64,000 nt of DNA, from positions 76,395 to 140,394 of IMG/VR virus record IMGVR_UViG_3300036715_000153; one strand, 5' to 3'. The notes under the pieces are model-generated. The model did not search any database. It was not told where the DNA came from and saw only the letters and a program-made list of their open reading frames with translations. Made by a program: the position numbers and the translations under genes. Shown here piece by piece: positions 32,016 through 41,917 of this stretch (positions are counted from its first letter, which is position 1; every line of letters starts with the position of its first letter). The DNA is from a virus.

Positions 32016-32521
32016 TGTCTAATATATTCTTTTCAAATTTCCCAGTAGTAGACTATTGGATTGGATCAGACGCACCCACTAGAATCCGACACATCATGCC
32101 CAGATTTAAGTTGGTAGACTTAGTTGGGAATAATTCTGGTAACTACGACATATATCGAATGACAGATGGCGACACACTAGAAAGCGTGGCTCAGCTGGTT
32201 TACGGCGATGCTCGTTGGTACTGGGTGCTCGCGCTATACAACAATATATCTGACCCATACGAATCTTTGCCTATCTCTAACTCAGACTTAATCGCCCGCG
32301 TTAAAGAAGTGTACGGAGATGATAAGGTCAACGCAGTACATCACTACGAAGATGACATCGGCAACGAGTGTGGACAGTATGCTGATGGATCACCTCAGCC
32401 TGTAACTAACTTCCAATACGAAGATAGATTAAATACAGAGAAAAGAAAGATAAAGATTCCAAATTCTAAATATCTACAAAACTTCCAACAGATGCTTGAA
32501 GATGTTACGAAAGACCTATAA
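32015..32521 (+). CDS. gp53: Baseplate wedge subunit (LysM-like)
   Basis: FF..FP...Y, GD..E.VA..VYGD....WVL...N.I.DPY, HHYE, YE..LN..KR.I. Confidence 0.9.
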   Translation: MSNIFFSNFPVVDYWIGSDAPTRIRHIMPRFKLVDLVGNNSGNYDIYRMTDGDTLESVAQLVYGDARWYWVLALYNNISDPYESLPISNSDLIARVKEVYGDDKVNAVHHYEDDIGNECGQYADGSPQPVTNFQYEDRLNTEKRKIKIPNSKYLQNFQQMLEDVTKDL

Positions 32522-33792
32522 TGTCAGAATTACCACAAAAATCTGGCTCAGTAAAATATAGTAGAATAGAGCTCACATCACACACAGGCGATGTAGCAGA
32601 TATCCAACACATAACACAGCAAGTGGACTTATATGAGGATCTGTTTGCTAACCATTTATCTGGTAGCATCACCATACTAGATGCGACTGGTTTTTCTTCG
32701 ATGTTCCCGGTAATCGGACAAGAAACACTTCTGATGCAATACCGAGTAGTTGGTGCGGATTTAAAAGAACTACGACTCGCAGTATATAAAGTAGAACGAG
32801 TTCAGTCTACTCAAAATGCGGACTTAGTAAAAATGCACTTTGTATCTCAAGAAGCATATATAGGTCTAACTACAGTAATATCTAAGTCTTTTAAAGGTAG
32901 CGCTGCTAGTATAGTGAAGACGGTGTTCGACGACTATATCGGTACAGGTAAGCCTATGAACATAGAAAACTCTAAGTTCCCGATTAATGTTATCGCCCCA
33001 AAGTGGAATCCGTTTTATTTTATTAATTGGCTAGCAGGCAGAGCCATACCCGCCGATGGAAAGACACCGTCCTTTTTCTTTTACGAAACGATATCTGGGT
33101 TTAACTTTGTATCGCTAGAGTCTAAGTTTAAGACTCCATCTAAGGGTGTTTGGCGTAAACAGTTACCAAACGCATCTCAGTCTGCCAACTCCCCGGACTT
33201 CGATAAACTATCATATAACACAACAACAATCCACTCATACGAATTATTAGAAGCATTCGACTTTATCACATCTCAACTACACGGCATGATAGGTTCTGAG
33301 ATGTATGTAGTAGATAGTCTTAGCAACGGGTATAGAAAGATAACGTTCGATTACTTAGAAGAGTTTAAGAAATCGAAACACCTAAACGAATCCCCGATAT
33401 CCGTCAGGACTACATCGTTCGGTCACACATTTAACTCCCCAGGTATAACTAGAATCGCACATGATAGCTCTAGAGCCTTTACTGGGCTAGATACTGCTAA
33501 TAAATATGAGGAGTGGGTACTGCCGAGAATATCTTTTATGCAACAACTCAACGGACAACGACTACAAATAGAAGTTGCCGGTAACGGCGTAGTTGAAGTC
33601 GGTGATGTGGTGACGATATTTATTCCTCTGGTAGCATCATCAGAAACACTAGAGCCTAGGCCAGATCCTATTCTGTCCGGGAACTATATTATAACAGCAA
33701 TTCATCATGTAATGGGATTAACTACACACGAAATGATCGTAGAGTTATGTAAGGAGTCGACGATTACAATACCTAAGGTAGATAGAAAATGA
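32521..33792 (+). CDS. Baseplate hub protein (gp27-like)
   Basis: YED.F...LSG.I.I.D, FFFYET..GF.F.S, GN....VG, SG.Y.IT.I.H; directly upstream of gp5. Confidence 0.75.
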   Translation: MSELPQKSGSVKYSRIELTSHTGDVADIQHITQQVDLYEDLFANHLSGSITILDATGFSSMFPVIGQETLLMQYRVVGADLKELRLAVYKVERVQSTQNADLVKMHFVSQEAYIGLTTVISKSFKGSAASIVKTVFDDYIGTGKPMNIENSKFPINVIAPKWNPFYFINWLAGRAIPADGKTPSFFFYETISGFNFVSLESKFKTPSKGVWRKQLPNASQSANSPDFDKLSYNTTTIHSYELLEAFDFITSQLHGMIGSEMYVVDSLSNGYRKITFDYLEEFKKSKHLNESPISVRTTSFGHTFNSPGITRIAHDSSRAFTGLDTANKYEEWVLPRISFMQQLNGQRLQIEVAGNGVVEVGDVVTIFIPLVASSETLEPRPDPILSGNYIITAIHHVMGLTTHEMIVELCKESTITIPKVDRK

Positions 33793-36548
33793 AACGGGAT
33801 TTAGGACCAACACCAACAATATTCTTCATCGGTATCGTCGAAGATAGAAACGACCCTGAAGAGCTGGGTCGCGTCAGAGTCAGAGTGTTTGGACTACACA
33901 CAGAATCTAAAGTAGACATTCCAACTAAAGACTTGCCTTGGTCTCCAGTTATCATGAGCTCGACTAATCCAGGTAAGTCTGGTGTAGGTTGGTCGCCTAA
34001 TGGCTTAGTGCCAGGATCTAAGGTAATCGGGTATTTCTCAGATGGCGCCGCTCAACAACAATATGTCGTCCTCGGGTCGCACTTAGGCATTAACGATGAT
34101 GTTTACGGCGGGCCGCAGTCGGCGATACCCGCAGCAGATGCTAAGTCCCCTGCGGTTGTTAATGCTGCTAATCCAGCGACATCTACAAATCGCGTAGATG
34201 CAAATGGTAATCCTTTACCAGACGGAGTCGCGCAAGATCCAAATACAGTACCCAGAGAAAATGCCCCAGAGGTTGTTACTGTTATAATTCCGCCTTGGAA
34301 GCTAGGCCAATCGTCTATATCATATGAAACAGAACGTAGATCTCCCGGAGACATCACTATAGTAGATGGCGTAGCATTCTATGGTAAGTGGATGTTTAGT
34401 AGCCAAACTGAAGATTTAAAGTCTTATGTTAAGGTGTGCCCATATACAGTTGAGTTCGGTGGTCTGGATGTACCGGGAACCCAGTTTAATTATATCTGGG
34501 GCAACTTGGGTAAAACGAATACGACTGAGTTTGCTGACGATCAATATGACTATGTTAAGAAAACTGTATATCAAAAACTGATTGCCAAACTCGCTCACGT
34601 TCAGATGTCCGAACGAGGCAACGGAGTGCAAGATTGTATCTGGGCTACTTCTGTTTTATATGGGGTTACTGGTGGACTGAAAGTTGTTAATAGAGCACTC
34701 GCCGATAAAGACCTGACTGAGATTACCGACGTCGATATCGTAACGCTTATCCAAGACGATAAAGTTCGTAATATTGCAGAAGACTTTAAAGGTAAATCTA
34801 CAGATGGACTCGCAGCTAGGTTTGCTGCAGAAAAGTCTGCGATGCTCCTGTTATGCGAAGACGTTGCTACGCCAGACTTACCACCGACACCTGTACCTGC
34901 TACAGATATATACAAACAACCTATAATTAAACCTCTACCCGCGAATACAAGAAAAGAACCGACAGAAGATAAAGAGCCCGCAGGTTTTAAAGATCCTAAA
35001 GGAGTATATCCTAAGAAGTTGTATAAGGGGGCGGCAGATACCAATCATCAAGCAAGAAACAAGTCTAGTATCACAGGCACTGCTACCGATGCAAAGTCTA
35101 AGTCTATACTAAGTAACGCTGGCGAACCGGCTTCTCCATACAAGGCAAAGTATCCATATAATAAGGTATATGAATCTGAGTCTGGTCATGTTATAGAAAT
35201 CGACGATACGATAGGTGGTGAGCGAGTCCACGTGTATCATAGATCTGGGTCATATATAGAGTTTTATCCAGACGGCACGATCGTAAAGAAGTCGGTTAAA
35301 GACGACACAGAAATAGTTCTTAGCAATAAGTCTGTATATGTCGTAGGTACGTGTAATATTACTGTAGAAGGCAACACTGCTGTGAAGTGCATGGGAAGTA
35401 TAGACATCCAAGCTAAAGATGACATATCTATGATGGCAGGTGGCAATATTTCTATTATGGCAGGTGGCGATCTTGTAGCAAGCTCTGCCCGTAACAGTAA
35501 CTTCCAGGCGGGTAAACAAGCTTCTATGGATGCTCCTAAGATCGTACAGAACGCCGGTGCTGCTGGTGCAGTCAAGATAGATATCGGCAGTAAGATAGAA
35601 GCACAGATGGCTATGGCAGAACAAACAGATGCGGGGCCCGATGATTCTCCAGACGACGAGCCAGATATATCTGCAGAGCAAGCCAAGGCTGATTTTGAAA
35701 AGAAGAACGGATATAAGTTACCGACAGACCCAGCAAATACAGCAACATTCAAAGACGAGCCTATCGTAGAAAAGGTTATGACTGTTAGTATATCTAATTC
35801 CAATCCACATACAGTTACGATAGATGCGGATAGCGTATTAAAGTCTACAGATGGACTGGTCGTGGGTCAGACGTTGTCTGGTACAGGGATTCCTAAGGGA
35901 GCATCTATCGCTTCAGTAATAGATACGTCGACGTTCACTATAGATAAAGATGTTACTAATTCTGTCGTCTCATCTATCGCATCGTTTGGTCCGCCTGTTG
36001 CGAAACATGTAGTCGTCGAAGTTGCACCTACTTCGGGACCATACACACCAGCCTACCAGTTATCTGAGAACGTAACTATTAAAGACATGACAGCAACTCC
36101 TGTATCTCCGTTTAAGCTGGTTGCTCAGGTGGGACTAACAGAAGATCAAATTGTGCAGAATATGAAAGCAGTCGCGGTTAACGTAATCGAGCCGGTTCAT
36201 AAGTTAATGGGTGCCGGTAAATACGCGATCACCAATGCTTTACGAAACGCTGTTGGTGCCAAGTACCCGTCAGACCACCACTTCGGGTCTGCCGTAGACT
36301 TCCAATTCCCGGGGATTGCTGCTACAGAGATTATCCATATAGCTAAGAAGATATCCGATATATTGCCGGCATACCATCAAGTTATTTTAGAGTACCACGC
36401 GAATGCCCCGGTAGTTCATATCGCTTATCGCTTACCCGGGCATCCTCGAGGCGATAATAAGAAGACTACGCATACTGCGTTCAAGACCCCATTTACAGGA
36501 ATGCCTCGCGGCTTCTGTGATAAGAACATGAATTTAATTTACCCGTAA
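33789..36548 (+). CDS. gp5: Baseplate central spike (OB fold, muramidase-like domain, beta-helix, C-terminal M15-type peptidase)
   Basis: GIVEDRNDP..LGRVRVR.FG.H, LPW, YPYNKV.ESESGH..E.DDT.G.ER....HRSG, VxG repeats; C-terminal SDHHFGSAVD. Confidence 0.9.
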   Translation: MKRDLGPTPTIFFIGIVEDRNDPEELGRVRVRVFGLHTESKVDIPTKDLPWSPVIMSSTNPGKSGVGWSPNGLVPGSKVIGYFSDGAAQQQYVVLGSHLGINDDVYGGPQSAIPAADAKSPAVVNAANPATSTNRVDANGNPLPDGVAQDPNTVPRENAPEVVTVIIPPWKLGQSSISYETERRSPGDITIVDGVAFYGKWMFSSQTEDLKSYVKVCPYTVEFGGLDVPGTQFNYIWGNLGKTNTTEFADDQYDYVKKTVYQKLIAKLAHVQMSERGNGVQDCIWATSVLYGVTGGLKVVNRALADKDLTEITDVDIVTLIQDDKVRNIAEDFKGKSTDGLAARFAAEKSAMLLLCEDVATPDLPPTPVPATDIYKQPIIKPLPANTRKEPTEDKEPAGFKDPKGVYPKKLYKGAADTNHQARNKSSITGTATDAKSKSILSNAGEPASPYKAKYPYNKVYESESGHVIEIDDTIGGERVHVYHRSGSYIEFYPDGTIVKKSVKDDTEIVLSNKSVYVVGTCNITVEGNTAVKCMGSIDIQAKDDISMMAGGNISIMAGGDLVASSARNSNFQAGKQASMDAPKIVQNAGAAGAVKIDIGSKIEAQMAMAEQTDAGPDDSPDDEPDISAEQAKADFEKKNGYKLPTDPANTATFKDEPIVEKVMTVSISNSNPHTVTIDADSVLKSTDGLVVGQTLSGTGIPKGASIASVIDTSTFTIDKDVTNSVVSSIASFGPPVAKHVVVEVAPTSGPYTPAYQLSENVTIKDMTATPVSPFKLVAQVGLTEDQIVQNMKAVAVNVIEPVHKLMGAGKYAITNALRNAVGAKYPSDHHFGSAVDFQFPGIAATEIIHIAKKISDILPAYHQVILEYHANAPVVHIAYRLPGHPRGDNKKTTHTAFKTPFTGMPRGFCDKNMNLIYP

Positions 36549-36560
36549 GGAGAACATCGC

Positions 36561-37112
36561 ATGAAAGAACTATCTGGGCTACACGAATCTATCAGACCTA
36601 AGGCCGAGAAGCTAATTCAGTTAGCTAAAGAAAGATTCGACCTTGTAATTAAGATTACTATGACTTTGCGTACTAATAAAGAGCAAACTGCACTCTACGC
36701 TAAAGGTAGAATGTCATTAGTTGAAGTTAACAAGTTGATGAGGATCGCAGGACTTCCTGAGATAACTGCAAAAGAAAACATAATCGTAACCAAGGCATCT
36801 TCGGTAGATACGTCTTTCCATGGCTATGGTATGGCGTTTGATATTGCTGTGTTTGATTCCACTGGTAAGATGGTTAAGTGGGACGATTCGTCTGATTGGA
36901 ACAATGACGGCATTAACGACTGGGCTCAAGTTGGATCGCTGGCAGATGAATGTGGTCTTGAGTGGGGAGGTAACTTCTCTGCTATCCCCGATAAACCGCA
37001 CTATCAAGACCGCATGGGTTGGACGATAGCGGCACTCAAGTTGGCTAAGATTCCAGCGGGCGAAGTGTATGTTGGACTACCGTACAATACACCAGCAAAA
37101 TCAATGACTTAA
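36561..37112 (+). CDS. Endolysin, M15 family (L-Ala-D-Glu peptidase-like)
   Basis: LRT..EQ.ALYA.GR, SFHGYG.AFD, GLEWGG.F...D.PH.Q. Confidence 0.9.
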   Translation: MKELSGLHESIRPKAEKLIQLAKERFDLVIKITMTLRTNKEQTALYAKGRMSLVEVNKLMRIAGLPEITAKENIIVTKASSVDTSFHGYGMAFDIAVFDSTGKMVKWDDSSDWNNDGINDWAQVGSLADECGLEWGGNFSAIPDKPHYQDRMGWTIAALKLAKIPAGEVYVGLPYNTPAKSMT

Positions 37113-37228
37113 AATTAAATAGCATTATTTGAGTGCTTTAATACGATTTTAACGTGTAAAGATGTGTAATCGTGGAAAAACGGCATTTATGCCGTTTTTT
37201 GTGTTTATTAATCAGTGACTTACAACCA

Positions 37229-37399
37229 TCAATTTCCTGTTTGTATAATAGTAACTGGGCCGTGTCCTGCAGTTACATCTTCCCTAAACACTTTACGCTG
37301 AATAGCCACATACTCAACAAAAGTCATCGGTGTTTTCTGTCTAGACTCCAGCGTGCGTACGTAGCTAATATAACCTTCGTTGTAGAATTTGTCGTTCAT
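37229..37399 (-). CDS. 56-aa hypothetical protein with its own promoter
   Basis: AAGGAG RBS; MNDKFYNEGYISYVRTLE...; promoter directly upstream. Confidence 0.65.
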   Translation of the reverse strand: MNDKFYNEGYISYVRTLESRQKTPMTFVEYVAIQRKVFREDVTAGHGPVTIIQTGN

Positions 37400-37428
37400 T
37401 GTGTAATCTCCTTTAAGTTTGTGTAGTG

Positions 37429-37457
37429 ATTATACATTACATTTCAAACAAAGTCAA
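37429..37457 (-). promoter_or_regulatory. Sigma70-type early promoter
   Basis: TTGACT-17 bp-TATAAT. Confidence 0.75.
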
Positions 37458-37473
37458 CCTATTTGTATGCGTG

Positions 37474-37501
37474 AAAAAGCCCAACTTAATGGGCTTTTTT
37501 T
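37474..37501. terminator. Bidirectional terminator
   Basis: AAAAAGCCCA-ACTTAA-TGGGCTTTTT, directly after the ATPase stop. Confidence 0.85.
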
Positions 37502-37502
37502 A

Positions 37503-38573
37503 CTAAGCTACGTAGTTCTTTACCATTGTTTGCCAGCCTTCTTGTCCTTCATAAGCTGCACACACCTTTAATGCGTTAACTAGCGTTCTCATGTTAATGC
37601 GGTTTTGCTTACCGCCAGACTCTTGAATAAATTCAAATACTTCTTGTCTGAGCTTATTGCTAAGTTGTAGATTCTCAGGTAACTCGATCTTATTAACGAG
37701 CGAACGCATTACTTCTAGCATCTCGTCTTTCGTAGGATTAATCTCCATAACAAATCCACGAGTACGAATAGCACCATCTGGGTCTAACTTCTTAATACTT
37801 ACGTTTGCTACGAGAATAATCCCGCCTTCGAAGTTAAAGTATCTTGGTAACTGCTCTCCGCCTTCTTCCGGCTCTTCTTGGAAAGCTGGATCGTAATAGT
37901 TACCGCCCTTCTTGTTAAAGCTGATCTTACGAGTCTTACCGGAATCGGTTGCTGCCTTAATCATGTTACGAACTTCTGGGTCATTCATCAGAGTGTCACA
38001 CTCATCAAACAGTATAATCTCTTTGCGGTGGTTGAATAACGTTTCGTATGTTGCTGCGGCAGATCCAGCACCGACTGTCTTAAAGTATCCATCACCATCA
38101 GATAGTCCCGCTGCTCTCATCTCAGACTCTAGGTTATGAGTATTGTGATGTAATACTCCTGCTGCGTCGTAGTAAACATGTTCGTTGCTATCTACAGAAA
38201 TATCATACAGGTCTACAATTTCATCAGAAACAGCAACTTCGGCGACAACCTCTGTAGAATCTTTACCAAGAACTACGTTACCAAACACTAGATTGGATGC
38301 TTTAACTGTGTCGTTTGATTCAGTCACAAACATATGACTGCAACCACAATTCACTACCTTACCGGAGTCGAACGTAACAGTGCAGAGTTTATCTTGTTTG
38401 CGAATAAATCCAGATATTGGTTTGTATCCGGTTGGGGTATTTGTTTCTAGTCCAAGAGATTCTATATTATATAGATAATCCAGTTGGGGTTCGGTAATGT
38501 TATACAGGTCGAGTACCTGTAATTTAATGTCGTTTAAGTTCATAAGCCTCTTCTTTAGCTGTCTGTTGTTCAA
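37503..38573 (-). CDS. Split-intein IntC fused to the AAA+ ATPase C-terminal part (likely start ATG 38543)
   Basis: TPTGYKPI, block B CGCSHMF, DLYDISV, YY..AGVLHHN|THNL..., Walker B IILFDECD, sensor ILVAN, AIRTR. Confidence 0.9.
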   Translation of the reverse strand: MNNRQLKKRLMNLNDIKLQVLDLYNITEPQLDYLYNIESLGLETNTPTGYKPISGFIRKQDKLCTVTFDSGKVVNCGCSHMFVTESNDTVKASNLVFGNVVLGKDSTEVVAEVAVSDEIVDLYDISVDSNEHVYYDAAGVLHHNTHNLESEMRAAGLSDGDGYFKTVGAGSAAATYETLFNHRKEIILFDECDTLMNDPEVRNMIKAATDSGKTRKISFNKKGGNYYDPAFQEEPEEGGEQLPRYFNFEGGIILVANVSIKKLDPDGAIRTRGFVMEINPTKDEMLEVMRSLVNKIELPENLQLSNKLRQEVFEFIQESGGKQNRINMRTLVNALKVCAAYEGQEGWQTMVKNYVA

Positions 38574-38605
38574 TGTATCTTGGCGAGAAATCCCACGTAT
38601 ATCTT

Positions 38606-39496
38606 TTAATTAGATGTGCGTATATCTAATTCGGTGTCTTGGCGTAAACACTTACCTGTTCCGCCGGGGCCCGTAAGCATTAATAGATTAGTTGCACCAG
38701 ACTTAATCAGTCTTACAAATCCACGTAGATGTTGTAGTTGATCTGCGTACGCAACCTTCTCTGCTTCATCTTCTAGATCGTTCGTAGAACCAGGTGTGAT
38801 GTCTTGTTCTTTAGCCATAGACTTAGATACGCGAACTGTTGCACCGCCTGCTGCTTCCAGTGCCTTAGCGTAGTCAATCTTAGACGGGCTGCCGATGAAC
38901 ACTGGGGATTTACCAGACGTATCAAATACAGATGGGTTAGTTTCTACGATTACTTGGAACAGTTTAAACTCTGGACGTCCAAGTGCTAACTTAACTTCTC
39001 GATAACCGATCTTATCTCCAACATTCATCTTAGCTACGTATGCGCGAATGTTGTCTGCGATCATCGAAGACATTTCATTCAATACTTCTGCTTCGGTTAA
39101 CTCAGACTCGTTTACATCGACTGGAACGAAGTCGAACTCTGCTACGCGAGGAGTTTTAAGGATGTCGACGATCTGTGGCAGGATCTTAACGATAGATACG
39201 CTGTGGTCGAATGTAACATCGAACTTAGTATCTTTGTTCTTCCATATAGTAATCGAATCTAGTACATCTTGATTTAATGATTTACCCAGCCAGTTAAACC
39301 GGACACACGAGTCCGTCTTATAAAAGAAACGCACACCTGTAAACGTTTTGCCTGCAACCATAAACGTTTCGTATCCAGGCATACGATGGAAAGTCTGACC
39401 GACTCTTTTAGTTAAATACTTCTGGATTAGTAATGCGACGACGTGAACGTCTTTAGCGTTCACTGCCTCTACTAGGTAGTCACTGTATGATTTCAT
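38606..39496 (-). CDS. AAA+ ATPase N-terminal part with a capsid-targeting-like N-terminus and a 14-aa IntN
   Basis: MKSYSDYLVE...; ends LMLTGPGGTGK|CLRQDTELDIRTSN* (Cys1 at 38650). Confidence 0.88.
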   Translation of the reverse strand: MKSYSDYLVEAVNAKDVHVVALLIQKYLTKRVGQTFHRMPGYETFMVAGKTFTGVRFFYKTDSCVRFNWLGKSLNQDVLDSITIWKNKDTKFDVTFDHSVSIVKILPQIVDILKTPRVAEFDFVPVDVNESELTEAEVLNEMSSMIADNIRAYVAKMNVGDKIGYREVKLALGRPEFKLFQVIVETNPSVFDTSGKSPVFIGSPSKIDYAKALEAAGGATVRVSKSMAKEQDITPGSTNDLEDEAEKVAYADQLQHLRGFVRLIKSGATNLLMLTGPGGTGKCLRQDTELDIRTSN

Positions 39497-39518
39497 GTTG
39501 GATAGGTGTTGTGTAAAA

Positions 39519-41000
39519 TTATAATTTAGTGTAATTTGAAAAAGACATTAAGCTAGACTCATTCATTTTTGTTTTAGCAAGATCCCAAATATGTTTAGCT
39601 TGCGCATCAGTGGTCTTACTTGGAAGATATTTAGCAAATGACGTGTAATCTCCATCACTAACAAACTTACGAATCTTAGTACCAGAAATCCCAGAAACAT
39701 CATCGTCAGAGTCAGGATCACGCTCGCCTGCAGACACCACCTTAAAGCCATTAAGATTAATAGAAGTTTTTGGATTACCATTGTTCAAATATACCTTTAT
39801 CTTTGATTCGAATTCCGATACTCTATCTGACCCGACTACGAGAGTAACATCTGTATAACCCTCATCTGCTAATTTCATAAGTGCAGTGAACACAGTCGTA
39901 GGTGTGTCTTGTTTAGTATATATTACATCACCAAATAAACTAGAAAGGAACTTCGCCTTGTCATCAAACGACAGGGGATTCTTTTTCTTATCGTGCGACT
40001 TACTTAGAAAAACGATTGGAGTGGCGTGTTCTGTCTTTGCAATAGATATAACCTTGTCGATAAGTAACTCATGTCCAGTAGTTGGGATGTTTAGTCTACC
40101 GAACGTTATTACTGCTTTCTTTAATGCTACGCCTTCAGTCAGATGTTTAACGATATCTGCGATAGCACGATTCTTTTCATCGCCCTTGGGGGTATTTACT
40201 TCCCCAGACTTCACACTCACCATAGAAGTAAATACCCCAGCCATACGAGTCTTAGCACGCTGAGTCTTAATCTTAGACTTTACATCTTTGAGAAGATCGT
40301 CGAATGATTGATCTAGGTTATACTTATACAACAATGTTTCTACGTCTTTAAAGTTCTTTGACTTCCATAGAATCTCTCGATCCTTTTGTTTAAACGTACC
40401 AGGCTCGTATGTAACTTTTCTAAGTTGGAGTTCTTGTCCAGAGAGATTGAATTCCCACTCTTGATCTTTGTCCAGCTTAGTCGGAATTTTGATACCCAGA
40501 GAGGCGAACAATGTTTTGACGGGAGTCTCGACAGTAGCAACTTTAACTAATCCGAGCACGATACCTTGTACTTCTGCAGGAAGATCGAGGAACCTACCCT
40601 TAAAGTGTGCCTCTTCTTTATCTAGCGCACACATGTTATCTATCTGAGCCGAGTAACCTAACTTCTTATCGTGATAGCGAATAGTGACCAACTCACCCGT
40701 ATTACCGGTACGCTTACCGGCATGTTTATCTGATGTAAAGGGCTCGATGACAGAATCTGGCATTGCCTCGAAGAACTTAACTAGGGCTAGTTTAAGTGCC
40801 TTCTTGTCGGAGTATCCATCGAAGTGTACGATGATGTCGATGTCGCCGAACGAATCTTTATCTGGATTAGAGTTATACGAACCGGATGGCTTGAACGATA
40901 CAAATCCGGGAAACTTCGATATAATCTTTTCGTAAGACGCAAGGAACTGTTTGAAATGTTCTCTCGATTTTACTCTGTCTGCCCCAGTAGAACCCGACAT
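39519..41000 (-). CDS. Pol-beta-superfamily nucleotidyltransferase fused to an HxGH-type (cytidylyltransferase/NMNAT-like) domain
   Basis: N-domain SGS...GDIDI...QIDNM; C-domain ITFGRLN.PT.GH, K.NPL, VVGSDRV.EF, SAGERDPD, ISGTK.R. Confidence 0.8.
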   Translation of the reverse strand: MSGSTGADRVKSREHFKQFLASYEKIISKFPGFVSFKPSGSYNSNPDKDSFGDIDIIVHFDGYSDKKALKLALVKFFEAMPDSVIEPFTSDKHAGKRTGNTGELVTIRYHDKKLGYSAQIDNMCALDKEEAHFKGRFLDLPAEVQGIVLGLVKVATVETPVKTLFASLGIKIPTKLDKDQEWEFNLSGQELQLRKVTYEPGTFKQKDREILWKSKNFKDVETLLYKYNLDQSFDDLLKDVKSKIKTQRAKTRMAGVFTSMVSVKSGEVNTPKGDEKNRAIADIVKHLTEGVALKKAVITFGRLNIPTTGHELLIDKVISIAKTEHATPIVFLSKSHDKKKNPLSFDDKAKFLSSLFGDVIYTKQDTPTTVFTALMKLADEGYTDVTLVVGSDRVSEFESKIKVYLNNGNPKTSINLNGFKVVSAGERDPDSDDDVSGISGTKIRKFVSDGDYTSFAKYLPSKTTDAQAKHIWDLAKTKMNESSLMSFSNYTKL

Positions 41001-41297
41001 TTACGCTTTACCGTTCCACTTTGAATATCCTTCATCGGACAGATCGTGTTTAAATACGCGATTCACAGGGTATGCAGATATAGTGCCGTCCTTAAGTTCT
41101 ACGTGAATCATCGTAGCACCGATCTTCTTTACTTTACCGACTATAGTTTGACCTACTGTAGTTCCTGGTACGCGGACATCGTCACCGACCTCTGGCTTGT
41201 AGACTACCTTCTTTTCGAATGCTTCTTGTAATTTTACAGATTTTGTCGGCTCATGTCCGAGGTACTCATCACCCAAAAACTCTTTAAAACTTTTCAT
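41001..41297 (-). CDS. Small SH3/KOW-like protein with a capsid-targeting-like N-terminus
   Basis: MKSFKEFL; VGDDVRV...GKVKKI...IHVELKDG beta barrel pattern. Confidence 0.65.
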   Translation of the reverse strand: MKSFKEFLGDEYLGHEPTKSVKLQEAFEKKVVYKPEVGDDVRVPGTTVGQTIVGKVKKIGATMIHVELKDGTISAYPVNRVFKHDLSDEGYSKWNGKA

Positions 41298-41917
41298 TGT
41301 AACCCCTTAATAGATCCGTCGTGTAGTGCTTCGTATGCGTAGAAGTTAATATCTGGGTATTTGTCTTTCATTCCCTGAAATGCTGTTAGATTAGCCATTG
41401 CGTCATCAAACAGTCGAACGCTACCATAACTACCGTTATCTATGTATTTAGTTATAATCTCTACCTTACGCTCGGCACTCGATCCACTACCTAGATTACC
41501 CGCTCGCTCTACGTACACTTTGTCTATATCAAATCCGTGTTCTTTAAATGTATTAAGGAATAGATCTTTGTTATCGAAGTCGGCTCGAGCAGTAATGATG
41601 ATCATCTTACTATTAGGCATAGACTCTATTCCCTTTAGGATTGCCTTAGCCCTATTCATCATCTTGACGATTACCTTAGATGACTCGTTAAACTTCTTAG
41701 CATCTCTGAATTCGCCAAAGTCATACGACTCGCCATCTTTCAATTTGTAAATATTGAATTCACGATTAGTTAATCTCTTTACAACTTTACCGTCCTTCAT
41801 AACAGAAATCATTGCGAAGGTATGAAATAGGGTATCGTCGATATCAAATATGGTGAGACCATCTATACCATGTTTGGCTGATGCCTTTTCTGAGATAAAC
41901 TGTTTAAACGATTTCAT
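41294..41917 (-). CDS. HAD-superfamily phosphatase with a capsid-targeting-like N-terminus
   Basis: MKSFKQFISE; FDIDDTL (motif I), ITAR (II), K (III), LFDD...N (IV). Confidence 0.85.
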   Translation of the reverse strand: MKSFKQFISEKASAKHGIDGLTIFDIDDTLFHTFAMISVMKDGKVVKRLTNREFNIYKLKDGESYDFGEFRDAKKFNESSKVIVKMMNRAKAILKGIESMPNSKMIIITARADFDNKDLFLNTFKEHGFDIDKVYVERAGNLGSGSSAERKVEIITKYIDNGSYGSVRLFDDAMANLTAFQGMKDKYPDINFYAYEALHDGSIKGLQ

